A stretch of DNA of 64,000 nucleotides from Candidatus Micrarchaeia archaeon (GTDB lineage Archaea > Micrarchaeota > Micrarchaeia > CAILAH01). Each line of letters starts with the position of its first letter. The stretch's first letter is position 1. A program made the position numbers and the translations under genes. Under the pieces are notes generated by a model, which was given only the letters and a program-made list of their open reading frames with translations, searched no databases and had not been told where the DNA came from. Shown piece after piece: positions 48,980 through 59,582 of this stretch. The stretch spans positions 135,850-199,849 of the forward strand of contig JAVZCB010000002.1 in the NCBI GenBank assembly GCA_038874595.1, read 5' to 3'.

Positions 48980-50026
48980 ATGCAAAAGAAAGTTATTGTT
49001 GCAAGCTTTGACAACGTGCTTCTCAACCCAGGACCAGTGCATATGTATGCTGCACTGAGAGCATACAGGAAGGTTCTTGAAGAGGGGCTTGTTAAAGACC
49101 ATACAAAGTTTAAGTATAATGGGTTTTTGAAACAGGACATAAACGCCAGTGAGTTTCTAAACAGTTCATTGTACTTCAAAGGGTTTTTTTGCATCGCTTT
49201 TGACAAGCTTAGGCACCTTGCAAAAAACGAAGATGACTACCTCAAAATGCTAATGCTCATAGAAAAAAATAAAGATCTCGCGATTAAGCTGCAGTCATCT
49301 GCAAATTCAGAAGTATATAAGATGTTCGCGGACGCAATTCTTGATAACCCAATCGAGCTTGGCAAGGAATCCATTGGGCGCATCTCAGTTGATAAAGTTA
49401 CCAGGTGGCGTTTCAGTACAGTGTTCAGGGAAGCTATCAGGGATCTGAACCGGTATGACAAGTTTGCCTTGTTAAGGATGTATAGCTCTGATTCCTCTAT
49501 TGTACCACAACTCAGGCAAATTGTTGCAAAATACCCAGTTTATTTTGTTACAATGCAGCAGCAGGAGATTGTTGGTAAGCTATTGGAAGGGCTGCTTAAA
49601 CTCAATTATTTGGCAGATTCAGATTTCAAGCAACGTGACATAAAATGGGTTTACAGTGAGTCCTTGCTCAATGATTGGAGATGGGAATATAAAAGAAGAT
49701 ATTTAGTGGATGACAATAACATATTAACGCTGGAAACGAGTTCATTTTTGCCAATACAACTTAAGCAAATTGCGGCCAAAGAGGAAGTGAAAGAAAAAGA
49801 TGTGTGGTTTTTGACCAGGAAGTTTGATCATAAAACGGCAAAGGCACTGTTTGAGGCTGGGTTCAGAAGGCAAAATGATGGCGCTCCACAGGTGAATATT
49901 TTTGTAATTGCCGCCAGCCAGCCTTTTATTGGGCAGTATCGGGAGGAGATGGCGGCGGGCGTGCTTGTGCTCGAGCACGACAAGTTTGCAGAAAAGCTGC
50001 TTAAAATTGCCTCTATTTACAAATAA
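48980..50026 (+). CDS. hypothetical protein
   Basis: ORF only. A weak HAD-like VIVASFDNVLLN start lacks the second Asp. Confidence 0.35.
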   Translation: MQKKVIVASFDNVLLNPGPVHMYAALRAYRKVLEEGLVKDHTKFKYNGFLKQDINASEFLNSSLYFKGFFCIAFDKLRHLAKNEDDYLKMLMLIEKNKDLAIKLQSSANSEVYKMFADAILDNPIELGKESIGRISVDKVTRWRFSTVFREAIRDLNRYDKFALLRMYSSDSSIVPQLRQIVAKYPVYFVTMQQQEIVGKLLEGLLKLNYLADSDFKQRDIKWVYSESLLNDWRWEYKRRYLVDDNNILTLETSSFLPIQLKQIAAKEEVKEKDVWFLTRKFDHKTAKALFEAGFRRQNDGAPQVNIFVIAASQPFIGQYREEMAAGVLVLEHDKFAEKLLKIASIYK

Positions 50027-50093
50027 GATGTGCCTCTTTTTAACGGTCCTTTTTACCTAAAAGCAAATAAATAAGCACCTTTATAATTAGCAT

Positions 50094-50867
50094 ATGCTTT
50101 GGTTAATCATAATTGCAACAGTGCTCATAAGCTTGCTTTCCTTGTCAGGAGTGCTTCTTCTAGGCATGAAAAAAGACCTGATGAGAAAGGCACTTATTTT
50201 CCTTATTGCATTTGCTGTTGGTGCAATGATGGGCGGAGCATTGCTTCACCTTATGCCTGAGGCAATAGAAGAAATAGATGTGATGGCAGCATTTATTTTG
50301 TTGTTTATAGGCTTTATGCTATTTTTTGTGATTGAGAAGTTCCTGCACTGGAGGCACTGCCATGAAGGCGATTGCAAAATCCACGGTGGCAGCATTACAG
50401 GAAAGAAAGGAAAAATAAAGCCGGCCGCATACTTAAATCTCATTGGGGACAGTGTGCATAATTTTATTGATGGAGTAATAATTGCAGTATCATTTGTGAC
50501 AAGTATTGAAGTTGGGATTGCAAGTGCAATAGCAATAGCGCTGCATGAGATACCCCAGGAGTTTGGTGATTTTGCAGTGCTTGTGCACAGCGGCATAAAA
50601 CCAAAAAAGGCATTAATTTATAACCTATTCACAGCATTTACGGCTGTGGTGGGCGGCATTGCAGGATATTTCTTTCTCACAGCAGTCACAAGCGCAACGC
50701 CATATCTCCTGACAATTGCAGCTGGCGGGTTTCTTTATATTGCAGCAGCCGACTTGGTTCCAGAGCTTCATAACGAAATAAGGCCGCACACATCAGCAAT
50801 CCAGTTTATTGCAATCCTTCTGGGCTTTGTGCTGATGTACCTTATGAAATCCATATTAGGTGGCTAA
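50094..50867 (+). CDS. ZIP-family metal transporter (ZupT-like)
   Basis: HNFIDG and HEIPQEFGDF motifs in a multi-TM protein. Confidence 0.85.
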   Translation: MLWLIIIATVLISLLSLSGVLLLGMKKDLMRKALIFLIAFAVGAMMGGALLHLMPEAIEEIDVMAAFILLFIGFMLFFVIEKFLHWRHCHEGDCKIHGGSITGKKGKIKPAAYLNLIGDSVHNFIDGVIIAVSFVTSIEVGIASAIAIALHEIPQEFGDFAVLVHSGIKPKKALIYNLFTAFTAVVGGIAGYFFLTAVTSATPYLLTIAAGGFLYIAAADLVPELHNEIRPHTSAIQFIAILLGFVLMYLMKSILGG

Positions 50868-50966
50868 TGTTGTGGCTGTGCATATTGGAACTGTAGGTTT
50901 TTACCTAACAATATAATCCCTATTAAAAAGGTTATTCCTGATATGTTAATCAATAAAGGTGGTTAG

Positions 50967-51797
50967 ATGGGAAACAAGGAATGTTCGGGAAACGTTTATT
51001 GTAATAATGCCCTGATTTCTTTTGGGATTATTACAGCCGTGGCTCTCCTTGGGTTTGTTATTGGGATGTATCTTGCTATACCCCAACAAGGTGTTACAGG
51101 TAACATAACACTTACAAGCCCTTCGGAGCACACAATCTCTGTAAATGGGGAGGCGCAGCAGAAGGTCACACCTGACCTGCTGGTTATCTCTTTAAGTGTC
51201 GAAACGCAGGAAGATTCAGCAGCGCTTTCACAGGAAAAGAACGCAGAGATTATGGATAACGTGAAGAAAGCACTGCTTTCAAGAGGGATTCTTGAGAAGG
51301 ACATATCAACGAGCTCATACTCTGTATATCCTGTTGAGCAGTCGCACTGGATATGCCCCAAATATAGACCGGGCTGCACGGATGATGAGAAGATATATGA
51401 GACAAAAGTAATTGGTTACAGGACAGTCCATATAATCTCTGCCAAGACGGGTGACCTTACAGGCGGTGGCGCACTTGTTGATGCTGCTGTACAGGCAGGT
51501 GCAACAAATGTTAATTCAGTGGTGTTCACCCTTAAGGATGAGACGAGGAAATCCATAGAGGAGAGCCTGTTGAAGTATGCTTCAGCAAACGCAAAGGGCA
51601 AGGCACAGAAGATTGCGGACGGTCTCGGTGTCAGGCTTGGCGCACCAGCATCTGCTGGAAGCAGCTATGTCTACTTCCCGGGGCCTGTGTATAAGAACTA
51701 CGCCAGCTATGCGATGGATTCAGCGGTACCCACAAGTTTCTCGCCAGGCGAGATGGTCGTGACTGCCTCTGTAAGTGTCTCATACCTTATAGAGTGA
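50967..51797 (+). CDS. SIMPL/DUF541 (BP26/Omp28-like) domain protein with N-terminal TM
   Basis: DUF541-like core (LLVISLSVETQEDSA...VIGYRTVHIISAKTGDLTG). Confidence 0.6.
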   Translation: MGNKECSGNVYCNNALISFGIITAVALLGFVIGMYLAIPQQGVTGNITLTSPSEHTISVNGEAQQKVTPDLLVISLSVETQEDSAALSQEKNAEIMDNVKKALLSRGILEKDISTSSYSVYPVEQSHWICPKYRPGCTDDEKIYETKVIGYRTVHIISAKTGDLTGGGALVDAAVQAGATNVNSVVFTLKDETRKSIEESLLKYASANAKGKAQKIADGLGVRLGAPASAGSSYVYFPGPVYKNYASYAMDSAVPTSFSPGEMVVTASVSVSYLIE

Positions 51798-51913
51798 GGC
51801 AGTTGTGTAGTAATGCCATCTATACTGAAATAAGGTGTTTGCAAGCATTGCATATTACAGATGTGCGCCCGCTTCAGCGCAGGCCACATCTGGTTCTTTT
51901 CTTTGGTGTTTAT

Positions 51914-52504
51914 ATGGTTGGTATTGCGATTGACCGCCCTGTGAGAAAGGCGCTCAGCTCCGAGAATCGCGTTCGTATCCTGAAATTAATTGCTTCAAGG
52001 AGACGGACACAGAGCGAGCTTGCCAGGGCGTTATCTCTGTCATCCCCGACAGTGTTAGAGCACCTCTTAATCCTTCTTAACGCAGGTCTCATAGAGAAAA
52101 TTGATGAGGGCCGGAAATGGAAATATTACCAGCTTACTGAGAAGGGCCGTGCGCTTATGGGTGTTGAGCATAATCCGGTTCCAATCCGCTCAATAGTGCT
52201 GTTCGCAATATCCATTATGCTGCTCGTACCGTCTATATATATGCTGGGCTTTTATGTACCCCATGAGGCTCTTGATGTGTACGGGTTGGAGAGCAAGCCG
52301 CAGGCCCACAATCCAGATGTACAGCCACAAATGAAACTGTTTGCAATGCCTACATCAAACACCACACAAGATATCTCTCCGCCAGAAGCCAACGACCCCG
52401 GCTATGAGCTGCATGAAAAGGGCATATATTACATAATGCTTGTGCTGGGCATCATTACTCTTGCAATGGCAGTATACACATACATAAGTGGCAGCCGGCG
52501 CTGA
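51914..52504 (+). CDS. ArsR-family winged-helix regulator with two C-terminal TM helices
   Basis: RVRILKLIASRRRTQSELARALSLSSPTVLEHLLILLNAGLIEK HTH, then hydrophobic helices. Start at the internal Met. Confidence 0.55.
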   Translation: MVGIAIDRPVRKALSSENRVRILKLIASRRRTQSELARALSLSSPTVLEHLLILLNAGLIEKIDEGRKWKYYQLTEKGRALMGVEHNPVPIRSIVLFAISIMLLVPSIYMLGFYVPHEALDVYGLESKPQAHNPDVQPQMKLFAMPTSNTTQDISPPEANDPGYELHEKGIYYIMLVLGIITLAMAVYTYISGSRR

Positions 52505-52627
52505 AGCAGATATGTGCCCAGTATTTTTACTGCCAATTTAGAGGGATAGGTAGCGCCACAGTGATAGTGGTCACTGTGCCTATTTGCCAGCTTCCACATT
52601 TTTATTATTGTATGCGTATTTACTTTT

Positions 52628-54412
52628 ATGGACTTTTTAACGCTCGCCTCTGCAATGCAAGAGCTTGAGAGCACGCGCTCGCGCAACCAGATGGTGGATA
52701 TAATCGCTGATTTATTCAAGAAATTATCGCCGGACGAAATTCAATACGCTGCATATTTAATACAAGGTGTAGTAGCACCACCACATAAAGGTGTGGAGGT
52801 AGGCCTCGGTGAAAAGCTTGTTGAAGAGGCTATTTCAAAAGCAACAGGATATTCTGAAAAGGAGGTGCAGAGGCTTTACTTAAAGGCAGGTGACCTAGGC
52901 ACGGTAGCAGAGCAGTTATGCGGCAGCAAGAAGCAGACATCCCTGTTTTCCAATAAACTTTCCATAACAAAAGTGTACTCATCATTTTATAAGATTGCAA
53001 CGTTATCTGGCCACGGCTCACAGGATATTAAGGTTTCGATGCTTGCCGAGCTCATAAACAACGCATCACCGCTTGAGGCGAGGTATATCGTACGGTTCCC
53101 GATAGGCCGACTCCGGCTCGGTGTCGGCGACCCGACCGTGCTTGATGCGCTATCTGTTATGCACAAGGGCGACAAGAGTGACCGCGAGCTTCTTGAATCA
53201 AAGTATAATATCTGTTCTGATTTGGGGTTAATTGCAAAGTCGTATGCCCAGGACCCGCGTTCAATTTCAAAGCTTACTATGATGCCATTTACACCGGTCA
53301 GGCCGGCGCTTGCGGAGCGCCTCTCCTCTGCTGAAGACATAATAAAGAAGATTGGGCAATGCATTGTGGAAGCCAAATATGACGGTTTTCGCCTGCAAGT
53401 GCACCGCAGGGGCAATGAGGTGGAGATATTCTCAAGGAGGATGGAGCGCATGACGGATATGCTTCCAGACATAGTTTCAGCAGTGCGTAGCGAGATTAGC
53501 TGTAAAGAGGCAATATTTGAGGGTGAAGCGCTTGCCTATAATGAGGAGACCGGCGAGTTCTATCCATTCCAGCAGACTATCCAGCGCAAGCGGAAGCACG
53601 GTGTGGAGGAGAAGACTGCTGAGATGCCGCTCCGCCTTTTTGTGTTTGACTTGCTCTACCTCAACGGAAAAGAGGTTGCATCCAGGCCTTTAAAGGAAAG
53701 GAGGAAGCTGCTTGAGTCCATAATAAGCAGGGACAGCAAGGTGATATCCCTTTCCGAGAGCTATACTGCAAAAAGTGCTGCTGATATTGAGGCGCATTTC
53801 AATGATTTTGTATCGCGCGGTCTTGAAGGGCTGATGGCAAAAGACCTTAACGCTCCGTACACTGCGGGTGCGCGCAAGTTTGCGTGGGTGAAGCTGAAAA
53901 GGTCATACCGCAGTGAGCTCTCAGACACGATAGACCTTGTGGTGATAGGGTATTTTGCTGGCCGCGGTTCACGCGCGCGGTTTAAGTTTGGAGGTGTCCT
54001 TGGCGCAGTTTATGACCCGCACACTGACATGTTCTACTCGCTTGCAAAGGTTGGCTCAGGGTTTTCTGAGGAGCAGATGTCAGAGTTTGAATCTCTATTA
54101 TCAAAAATTAAGGTGAAAACCAAACCGGCACGTGTCAGCTCAGATATGGCACCAACATATTGGGTTGAGCCAAAATATGTGATAACAGTAAAGGCGGATG
54201 AGATTACGCGGTCCCCAGTACACACTGCTGGGAAAACCGCTAGCGGGCAGGGATATGCATTAAGGTTTCCGCGCATAGTTGATGGTATCCGCAGGGACAA
54301 ACGGCCAGAGGACGCGACAACTGTTGATGAGATAATTGATATGTACAATATGCAAAAGAGGATAGAAGTTGGGACTGGTGAAGGGACTGATGAAGGGAGG
54401 CATCCTGAATAA
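52628..54412 (+). CDS. lig: ATP-dependent DNA ligase
   Basis: KxDG adenylation motif EAKYDGFRLQVH and full Lig1-type architecture. 594 aa. Confidence 0.95.
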   Translation: MDFLTLASAMQELESTRSRNQMVDIIADLFKKLSPDEIQYAAYLIQGVVAPPHKGVEVGLGEKLVEEAISKATGYSEKEVQRLYLKAGDLGTVAEQLCGSKKQTSLFSNKLSITKVYSSFYKIATLSGHGSQDIKVSMLAELINNASPLEARYIVRFPIGRLRLGVGDPTVLDALSVMHKGDKSDRELLESKYNICSDLGLIAKSYAQDPRSISKLTMMPFTPVRPALAERLSSAEDIIKKIGQCIVEAKYDGFRLQVHRRGNEVEIFSRRMERMTDMLPDIVSAVRSEISCKEAIFEGEALAYNEETGEFYPFQQTIQRKRKHGVEEKTAEMPLRLFVFDLLYLNGKEVASRPLKERRKLLESIISRDSKVISLSESYTAKSAADIEAHFNDFVSRGLEGLMAKDLNAPYTAGARKFAWVKLKRSYRSELSDTIDLVVIGYFAGRGSRARFKFGGVLGAVYDPHTDMFYSLAKVGSGFSEEQMSEFESLLSKIKVKTKPARVSSDMAPTYWVEPKYVITVKADEITRSPVHTAGKTASGQGYALRFPRIVDGIRRDKRPEDATTVDEIIDMYNMQKRIEVGTGEGTDEGRHPE

Positions 54413-54484
54413 GCAACAATTCACATTTATGCTTTTTGAGCCCCTATAATAATATTTATTAATATAGGAGCGTATATTCTCAAT

Positions 54485-55054
54485 ATGCGGCGCGGCTTTG
54501 TTTTTATGCTTGATGCTTTTATTGCGTTAATAGTGGTGATAGCATTCGTAAGCTCACTTAACCAATTCTCGCGCGATTACTCATACATCCAAGATGAGAC
54601 TTTGTACTCGTATGGCAGGGGCATGATGGATATACTCTTGAGCAAGCAGGTCAAGGTTGAGATATCTAAGACCGAGCCAAAGGAATATCAATACATCCAG
54701 CTTATTCATGCGCTCTCAACAGAGGCAGGAAAAAAGGAGATGGATGCGATAGACAAGCTTGTCCCGAAACAGTATTCATATAAGGTAGAATATTACAGCA
54801 GCAAGGAGAACAGGTGGGTTCCGCTTTACACACCCGCCTCAAGGGATAAGAAAGACATAAAGAAGGCAGTTGCCATTGTATCCACAATCCCGGTTATAGT
54901 GAAGAATGAGAATTATACCGCTCCGTACACATACGGGGACTTTTGCGGGGAGCCGGGTGGCATTAACAGGTGCCTTACACCTGAAGAGCTCTACAGCCCT
55001 GATGAGTTCGGCTCGTTTGACAGGGCATTTGTCCGTGTGGTGATAGGCATATGA
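54485..55054 (+). CDS. pilin-like protein with class-III signal peptide (MRRG|F)
   Basis: Short basic N-terminus plus hydrophobic helix FVFMLDAFIALIVVIAFV. First gene of a five-gene overlapping operon. Confidence 0.5.
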   Translation: MRRGFVFMLDAFIALIVVIAFVSSLNQFSRDYSYIQDETLYSYGRGMMDILLSKQVKVEISKTEPKEYQYIQLIHALSTEAGKKEMDAIDKLVPKQYSYKVEYYSSKENRWVPLYTPASRDKKDIKKAVAIVSTIPVIVKNENYTAPYTYGDFCGEPGGINRCLTPEELYSPDEFGSFDRAFVRVVIGI

Positions 55055-56661
55055 TGCGCAGGGGATTTGCACTCACACTTTCAATAATAATACTGGTATT
55101 TTTCCTCACGCTTATACTTTCAGTTGAGTCGCAGCGTATCATCATTGAGGAGCAGACACGTGCCAGCCACGCGAGGATGCGTGCTGTAACATCGCTCGTT
55201 TCAGATATGGATTCGCCCGCACTGGATTATGCAGTCTCCAAGATGGCGAAGCGCGCACTTTATGATGTCACGATGGATGTAATTGCTAATAACAAGCCCG
55301 CGCGCAATGCAAGGCAGGAGGTCTGCAACAGGTTCACTGAAATGTATTTAGGGTATCTCAAATCCATGCAGCAGCGCGCGAACGATTCCGGCCTTGCCCT
55401 TTTATATGAGGATAAGCCGCCTGCCCTTATATGTGATATTAAGCTCGTGGACGGGTTCAAGGCGCAGGTTTCAATAGGCACAAAGGTGACTATAAAAGGG
55501 AAGGATATATACGTAACAAAAGTGCTTTCGCACACAGAAAACTTTACGATAAATGGGATTTATGACCCGTATATTGCACTGAAGAGTTATGACCCGAACA
55601 TGGGCACAAAATACAATATGGTCCTTATTCCAATAATCCCGTCAAAAATAAGCACTGATGAATTTAAGGCAGAGCCAGCACAGCTTTCCTCTGTAGGATA
55701 CGGGAAGGGCTGGGGGTATGGCACAGTGATATCTTCAGATGAGGCACTTTCAGCTGCGGACTCGGCGCTTGGCACCAGGATACTTCTAATTACAAATGAG
55801 GCGGAATTTTCAAGATGGAAAGACCCGCGCAACCTTTCAAAGTTTGCAGGCGTAATCCTGGTGAAGACGAACCTCGCAACAACCCCAACCACATCTGAGA
55901 ATGTGAGGATAGCAGGGACCGATGATATGAAACAGCCCTGCTTTGTTAATGCAACAAAATACGTGTGGGTGGAAAATACTGCACCGTGCATCTCTTGTGG
56001 TGAATACTCAAAGCTCGTAATATTGCAAAGGTCTGTTGACTCTTGTGAGCCGCAGCTCTCAGGGGTGTATTACAGGGAAGGCAACACGTACTATACATAC
56101 GTGCCATCCTCCTCTGTAACTGACCCGAACAATATCCAGGACAAAAAGAATATCGTGCTTAATGATGTTCCTTTCATAGCGGTGAGCGGGGTAAGTGTTA
56201 GTGCTGGCCAGAGAGTGCTCATAAGCAGCACGATTGAGCAGGACCTTGATGATACCATTGCGGGCAAATACCCACCAGTGCACGAGGATGTTCACATATA
56301 CGATATCGAGAAACAGCGTGCGGCAGTACTGTGTGGCAATTACTTCTTCTGGAAAGGCGCAAACAGCGGGAACAGCTGGGGACCGGACATCTTCAGCAGG
56401 CTTGAAGGCACAAACTCAAATGACAAGTATGGCATAGAAACATTTGTGATAGGGCCGTGGGCCAACGCAGATTACTCTAAGGTTGACCACAATTACTACG
56501 CGCGCGTTGGAGGGCATTATGCTAAGGGTATGCCTGGATGCATTAACCCGAATATGTGTAACAGGCCGCTGAAAGAGCTCCAGATAGGGCACTTTATAGT
56601 AAGCACACAACGTGATTCGGATTACGGTATGGATGATAAAGGCATTTATATAAGCAAGTGA
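55051..56661 (+). CDS. large pilin-like/pilus-associated protein with class-III signal peptide (MMRRG|F)
   Basis: N-terminal signal as above. 536 aa extracellular body. ATGA overlap with the upstream gene. Confidence 0.45.
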   Translation: MMRRGFALTLSIIILVFFLTLILSVESQRIIIEEQTRASHARMRAVTSLVSDMDSPALDYAVSKMAKRALYDVTMDVIANNKPARNARQEVCNRFTEMYLGYLKSMQQRANDSGLALLYEDKPPALICDIKLVDGFKAQVSIGTKVTIKGKDIYVTKVLSHTENFTINGIYDPYIALKSYDPNMGTKYNMVLIPIIPSKISTDEFKAEPAQLSSVGYGKGWGYGTVISSDEALSAADSALGTRILLITNEAEFSRWKDPRNLSKFAGVILVKTNLATTPTTSENVRIAGTDDMKQPCFVNATKYVWVENTAPCISCGEYSKLVILQRSVDSCEPQLSGVYYREGNTYYTYVPSSSVTDPNNIQDKKNIVLNDVPFIAVSGVSVSAGQRVLISSTIEQDLDDTIAGKYPPVHEDVHIYDIEKQRAAVLCGNYFFWKGANSGNSWGPDIFSRLEGTNSNDKYGIETFVIGPWANADYSKVDHNYYARVGGHYAKGMPGCINPNMCNRPLKELQIGHFIVSTQRDSDYGMDDKGIYISK

Positions 56662-56698
56662 TACTATGAGGCATTCTGATAACCTGCAAAAATACCTG

Positions 56699-57127
56699 AT
56701 GCATTACAGTTCAAGCAGGCGTGGGCAGGTGGCAGTTGAGTTCCTTGCAGTGGTAGCGTTTTTCATTCTCATAAGCGTGCCTTTGTTTATGTACTTCTAC
56801 ACGGCTGCTCCGCAGAAGGAGTACTATGCAAGCCTGTCCCAGGCCGAGGCGGCGGCAGACGAGCTAGTAAAGTATGGCGAGCTTGTCGGCACACAGGGCA
56901 ACGGCACCACGATTTCGCGCGTTATTGTTTTTCCCAAGTATGCTACGCAGGTGTCTTTCAACGCATCGCACGTTGCGATACATGTTGAGTATTCTGACCT
57001 TAAGACGGATGTCGTGCGGACCGGGCCGGTGAGGTTTTCACAAAGTACTTATATGCTGCCCGCCGGTGGCAGTTACGTTTTCATATTTAAGAACATAAAC
57101 GGTAATGTGTATGTCACTCAAGGGTAA
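56699..57127 (+). CDS. archaeal type IV pilin (DUF361-like, RRGQ|VAVEFL)
   Basis: Canonical +GQ.A.EF class-III signal. Start moved to Met12. Confidence 0.6.
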   Translation: MHYSSSRRGQVAVEFLAVVAFFILISVPLFMYFYTAAPQKEYYASLSQAEAAADELVKYGELVGTQGNGTTISRVIVFPKYATQVSFNASHVAIHVEYSDLKTDVVRTGPVRFSQSTYMLPAGGSYVFIFKNINGNVYVTQG

Positions 57128-57572
57128 AAGCATAACAAGTTGGATACGCCCATTACGGGCAAACAAAAAGCCGACAGGCACGCGTGGACAGACGGCTGTA
57201 GAGTATCTCACTTACTTTGCGTTTTTCCTGCTTGTTGCAGCAGTTTTCTCGGTGTATGTGTTCTCGCAGTCAGGTGAAGAGCTTAACAAGCGTTCCCAGG
57301 AGAGGTTCAAGTCGGCACTGTTTTATGTCTCGCAGGGTGTCCGTGATGCAAACAACCTTGCAAAATATGCTGACACAATGAGCGTCAATATTACACTGCC
57401 AGTTATAACAAAAGGCAGTGGTATTAGTATCTCAGGTGATAGTGCTACTGGGGTGATTGCAGGCAACACAACAACCGAAAGAGGGCCGGTATACTACTAC
57501 GTGCAAATAGGCAGGTTTGAGTATGAGCCGGAGCAGAAGCCAGGTGATAATTATGTTACTATCTCTAAGTAA
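57105..57572 (+). CDS. archaeal type IV pilin (DUF361-like, TRGQ|TAVEYL)
   Basis: Class-III signal motif. The pre-sequence is long, so the true start may be non-ATG. Confidence 0.55.
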   Translation: MCMSLKGKSITSWIRPLRANKKPTGTRGQTAVEYLTYFAFFLLVAAVFSVYVFSQSGEELNKRSQERFKSALFYVSQGVRDANNLAKYADTMSVNITLPVITKGSGISISGDSATGVIAGNTTTERGPVYYYVQIGRFEYEPEQKPGDNYVTISK

Positions 57573-58008
57573 AAGAGGGCAGGTGCTCTCCTACGACGCG
57601 ATTGGAGGTATTGTAATCTTTCTTGTTGCGGTAGGGATACTTGTTACCTATTGGTCTTCACTGAGTGCATCATTCTCTGATGCGGATGCAATTATGGTGC
57701 TTGAATCTAACACGGCCCTTGATAATCTAATGACCACGGATATGCTTATGGAGAACAGCTATATATTGAACACTACAAAGTTTGAAAGTTGCAGTTTTAG
57801 CCCGCAGGAGGCAGGCATATTCCACGAGTATTACTTACAGGTGATTGACTCAAGTGGCAGGCCCCTGAAAACAAAAGATAATAAGGATGGCTGTGGTATT
57901 GCGCCGGGACATGACAAGAAGGTTGCGGTATCAGAACGGCTTGCTTATATATCACAGGGCGGTAAGGAATACCCTATAAAGGTCGTGCTTAAGGTTTATA
58001 CAAAATAA
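57553..58008 (+). CDS. archaeal type IV pilin-like (KRGQ|VLSYDAIGG)
   Basis: Class-III-like signal. Start moved to MLLSLSKRGQ. Confidence 0.5.
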   Translation: MLLSLSKRGQVLSYDAIGGIVIFLVAVGILVTYWSSLSASFSDADAIMVLESNTALDNLMTTDMLMENSYILNTTKFESCSFSPQEAGIFHEYYLQVIDSSGRPLKTKDNKDGCGIAPGHDKKVAVSERLAYISQGGKEYPIKVVLKVYTK

Positions 58009-58061
58009 GGACTGCGGCAAACTCTTAAAATAAGATGCTCTCATTTTTGCAAAATAGTTTT

Positions 58062-58388
58062 TTACCTTGCGACTTTTGCTTTTGTGGCCTTAGTCTCTGT
58101 TGTTTTGCGCGAGGCCTTGCTCTCTATCTTATTCCTATTCCTTCCCTTCTGCTGTATTTCACCAACATATTCTATAAGCTCGTTTGTGCTGGCAGCAGCT
58201 TCCGGGTCATCACCCGCACCCGTAGCTTTTGCATACGAGTCAAACTTTTCCTTATCCTGCTGCTTGAGCCGTGCAAAAGATACCAGGAAGGATGATGGCA
58301 CATCATCAACCTTCTCCCTTACCTTCCCGCTTCTTCCTGTAAGCCTGGACATAACCCTCTTGAATATCCTGAAAAGGTCGGCTGCCAT
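58062..58388 (-). CDS. small basic hypothetical protein
   Basis: ORF with a K/R-rich C-terminus. Preferred over the antisense ORF 58084-58416. Confidence 0.35.
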   Translation of the reverse strand: MAADLFRIFKRVMSRLTGRSGKVREKVDDVPSSFLVSFARLKQQDKEKFDSYAKATGAGDDPEAAASTNELIEYVGEIQQKGRNRNKIESKASRKTTETKATKAKVAR

Positions 58389-58405
58389 AGTATGGTTTCC
58401 CCGTG

Positions 58406-59317
58406 TTATTTTTTAAGCCTTAACAGGATCAAAACAAGGTTTGCAAGCACCAGACCGGTAATGAGCGGGAATGCAAAAGCAACAGATAAAACCGGAAGCA
58501 CATTTGTAATGTTTGATATCATCAGGTATTTTGAGCCGAAGATGCCGAGTGCAAGCACGAGCGCAGCCACAAAATACCTATTTATTTTGCTCCCCTCAAT
58601 AATAAAGTATAGGGAAAGCAGTGCAATGATATACATCACAACAAACGCGAGTAGCGTGTTTAGCGCAATCAAGTACCCATAATCGCTTAGATAAAACCCG
58701 CCAGTGTAGCTTGCATAAAGCACGAACAGCGCAACAGCACACATCACAAGTACGATGAGTGGGCTCTCCCTAACAAAGCTAATTACGCTTCTCATATCAC
58801 CGCTGCTTGACGCAGCGCCGGGCGCAATTATAAGTGAGGCAAGCACCAGCAGCACATCCCGCGCGTTATCAAGTGCACAAACATCCCTGAGCACGGCAAC
58901 GTACTTTCCTATAATATCAGGTTCTGAGATGAATTCTATGATATCCTGCCCGCTAGCAAGCGCATACAATACAATAAACAGCAATGGCAGTATAAATGTA
59001 GGCCCAAAGCCAGCAACGAATACAGATACACCCCCAAAGATATTCTTCTCATATTTCACAGAAACATTGCCCTTTTCCTCGCGCAAATCAACTCCTATAA
59101 CGTTGCTACCGCTTAATAAAGCAGGGATTATATGGCCAACAACCTCGTGCAGAAATACTGTAGGCACGCTCAGCACACTGCCAATGTACTTTATGTCTTT
59201 TAGCCTTACAAATAAGCCCCTATAAAGAAAAACCATTAGTACGTGCTGGACAAAAGTGGCAAAAACAAAAACAAGCGCAAAAGCACAAATGCTTTGTAAG
59301 GCAGCATCAGCAATCAT
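58406..59317 (-). CDS. multi-TM protein with intramembrane HExxH motif (M50/DUF3267-like putative metalloprotease)
   Basis: FLHEVVGHIIPALLSG lies within a hydrophobic region. At least six TM helices. Confidence 0.4.
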   Translation of the reverse strand: MIADAALQSICAFALVFVFATFVQHVLMVFLYRGLFVRLKDIKYIGSVLSVPTVFLHEVVGHIIPALLSGSNVIGVDLREEKGNVSVKYEKNIFGGVSVFVAGFGPTFILPLLFIVLYALASGQDIIEFISEPDIIGKYVAVLRDVCALDNARDVLLVLASLIIAPGAASSSGDMRSVISFVRESPLIVLVMCAVALFVLYASYTGGFYLSDYGYLIALNTLLAFVVMYIIALLSLYFIIEGSKINRYFVAALVLALGIFGSKYLMISNITNVLPVLSVAFAFPLITGLVLANLVLILLRLKK

Positions 59318-59324
59318 TGTATAT

Positions 59325-59576
59325 TTACTGGTTGTATTTGCTCATAAGCCTTTTCTTCTTTTTCTCAAAGATTTTTCTGTGCTTGCCGCAGCTTATGCAG
59401 TAGTAAACCTTTCTCATATCCGTATAAGTAACATCATCACCAGTCCTGAGCTCAGTAGAGTATCTCACAAACCTGTTATCCTGCACTGCTTTGCCTCTTG
59501 GAACGCTCCTTCCACACGAACTGCACGTAACAAGTGCTTCCTTTCCCCTGCTTTTCTTGCCTTTTGACATTAACAT
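59325..59576 (-). CDS. rps26e: ribosomal protein eS26
   Basis: VTCSSCGRSVPRGKAV ... YYCISCGKH matches the S26e C..CGR.VPK.KA...Y.C.SC.H pattern. 83 aa. Confidence 0.75.
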   Translation of the reverse strand: MLMSKGKKSRGKEALVTCSSCGRSVPRGKAVQDNRFVRYSTELRTGDDVTYTDMRKVYYCISCGKHRKIFEKKKKRLMSKYNQ

Positions 59577-59582
59577 AACCTC

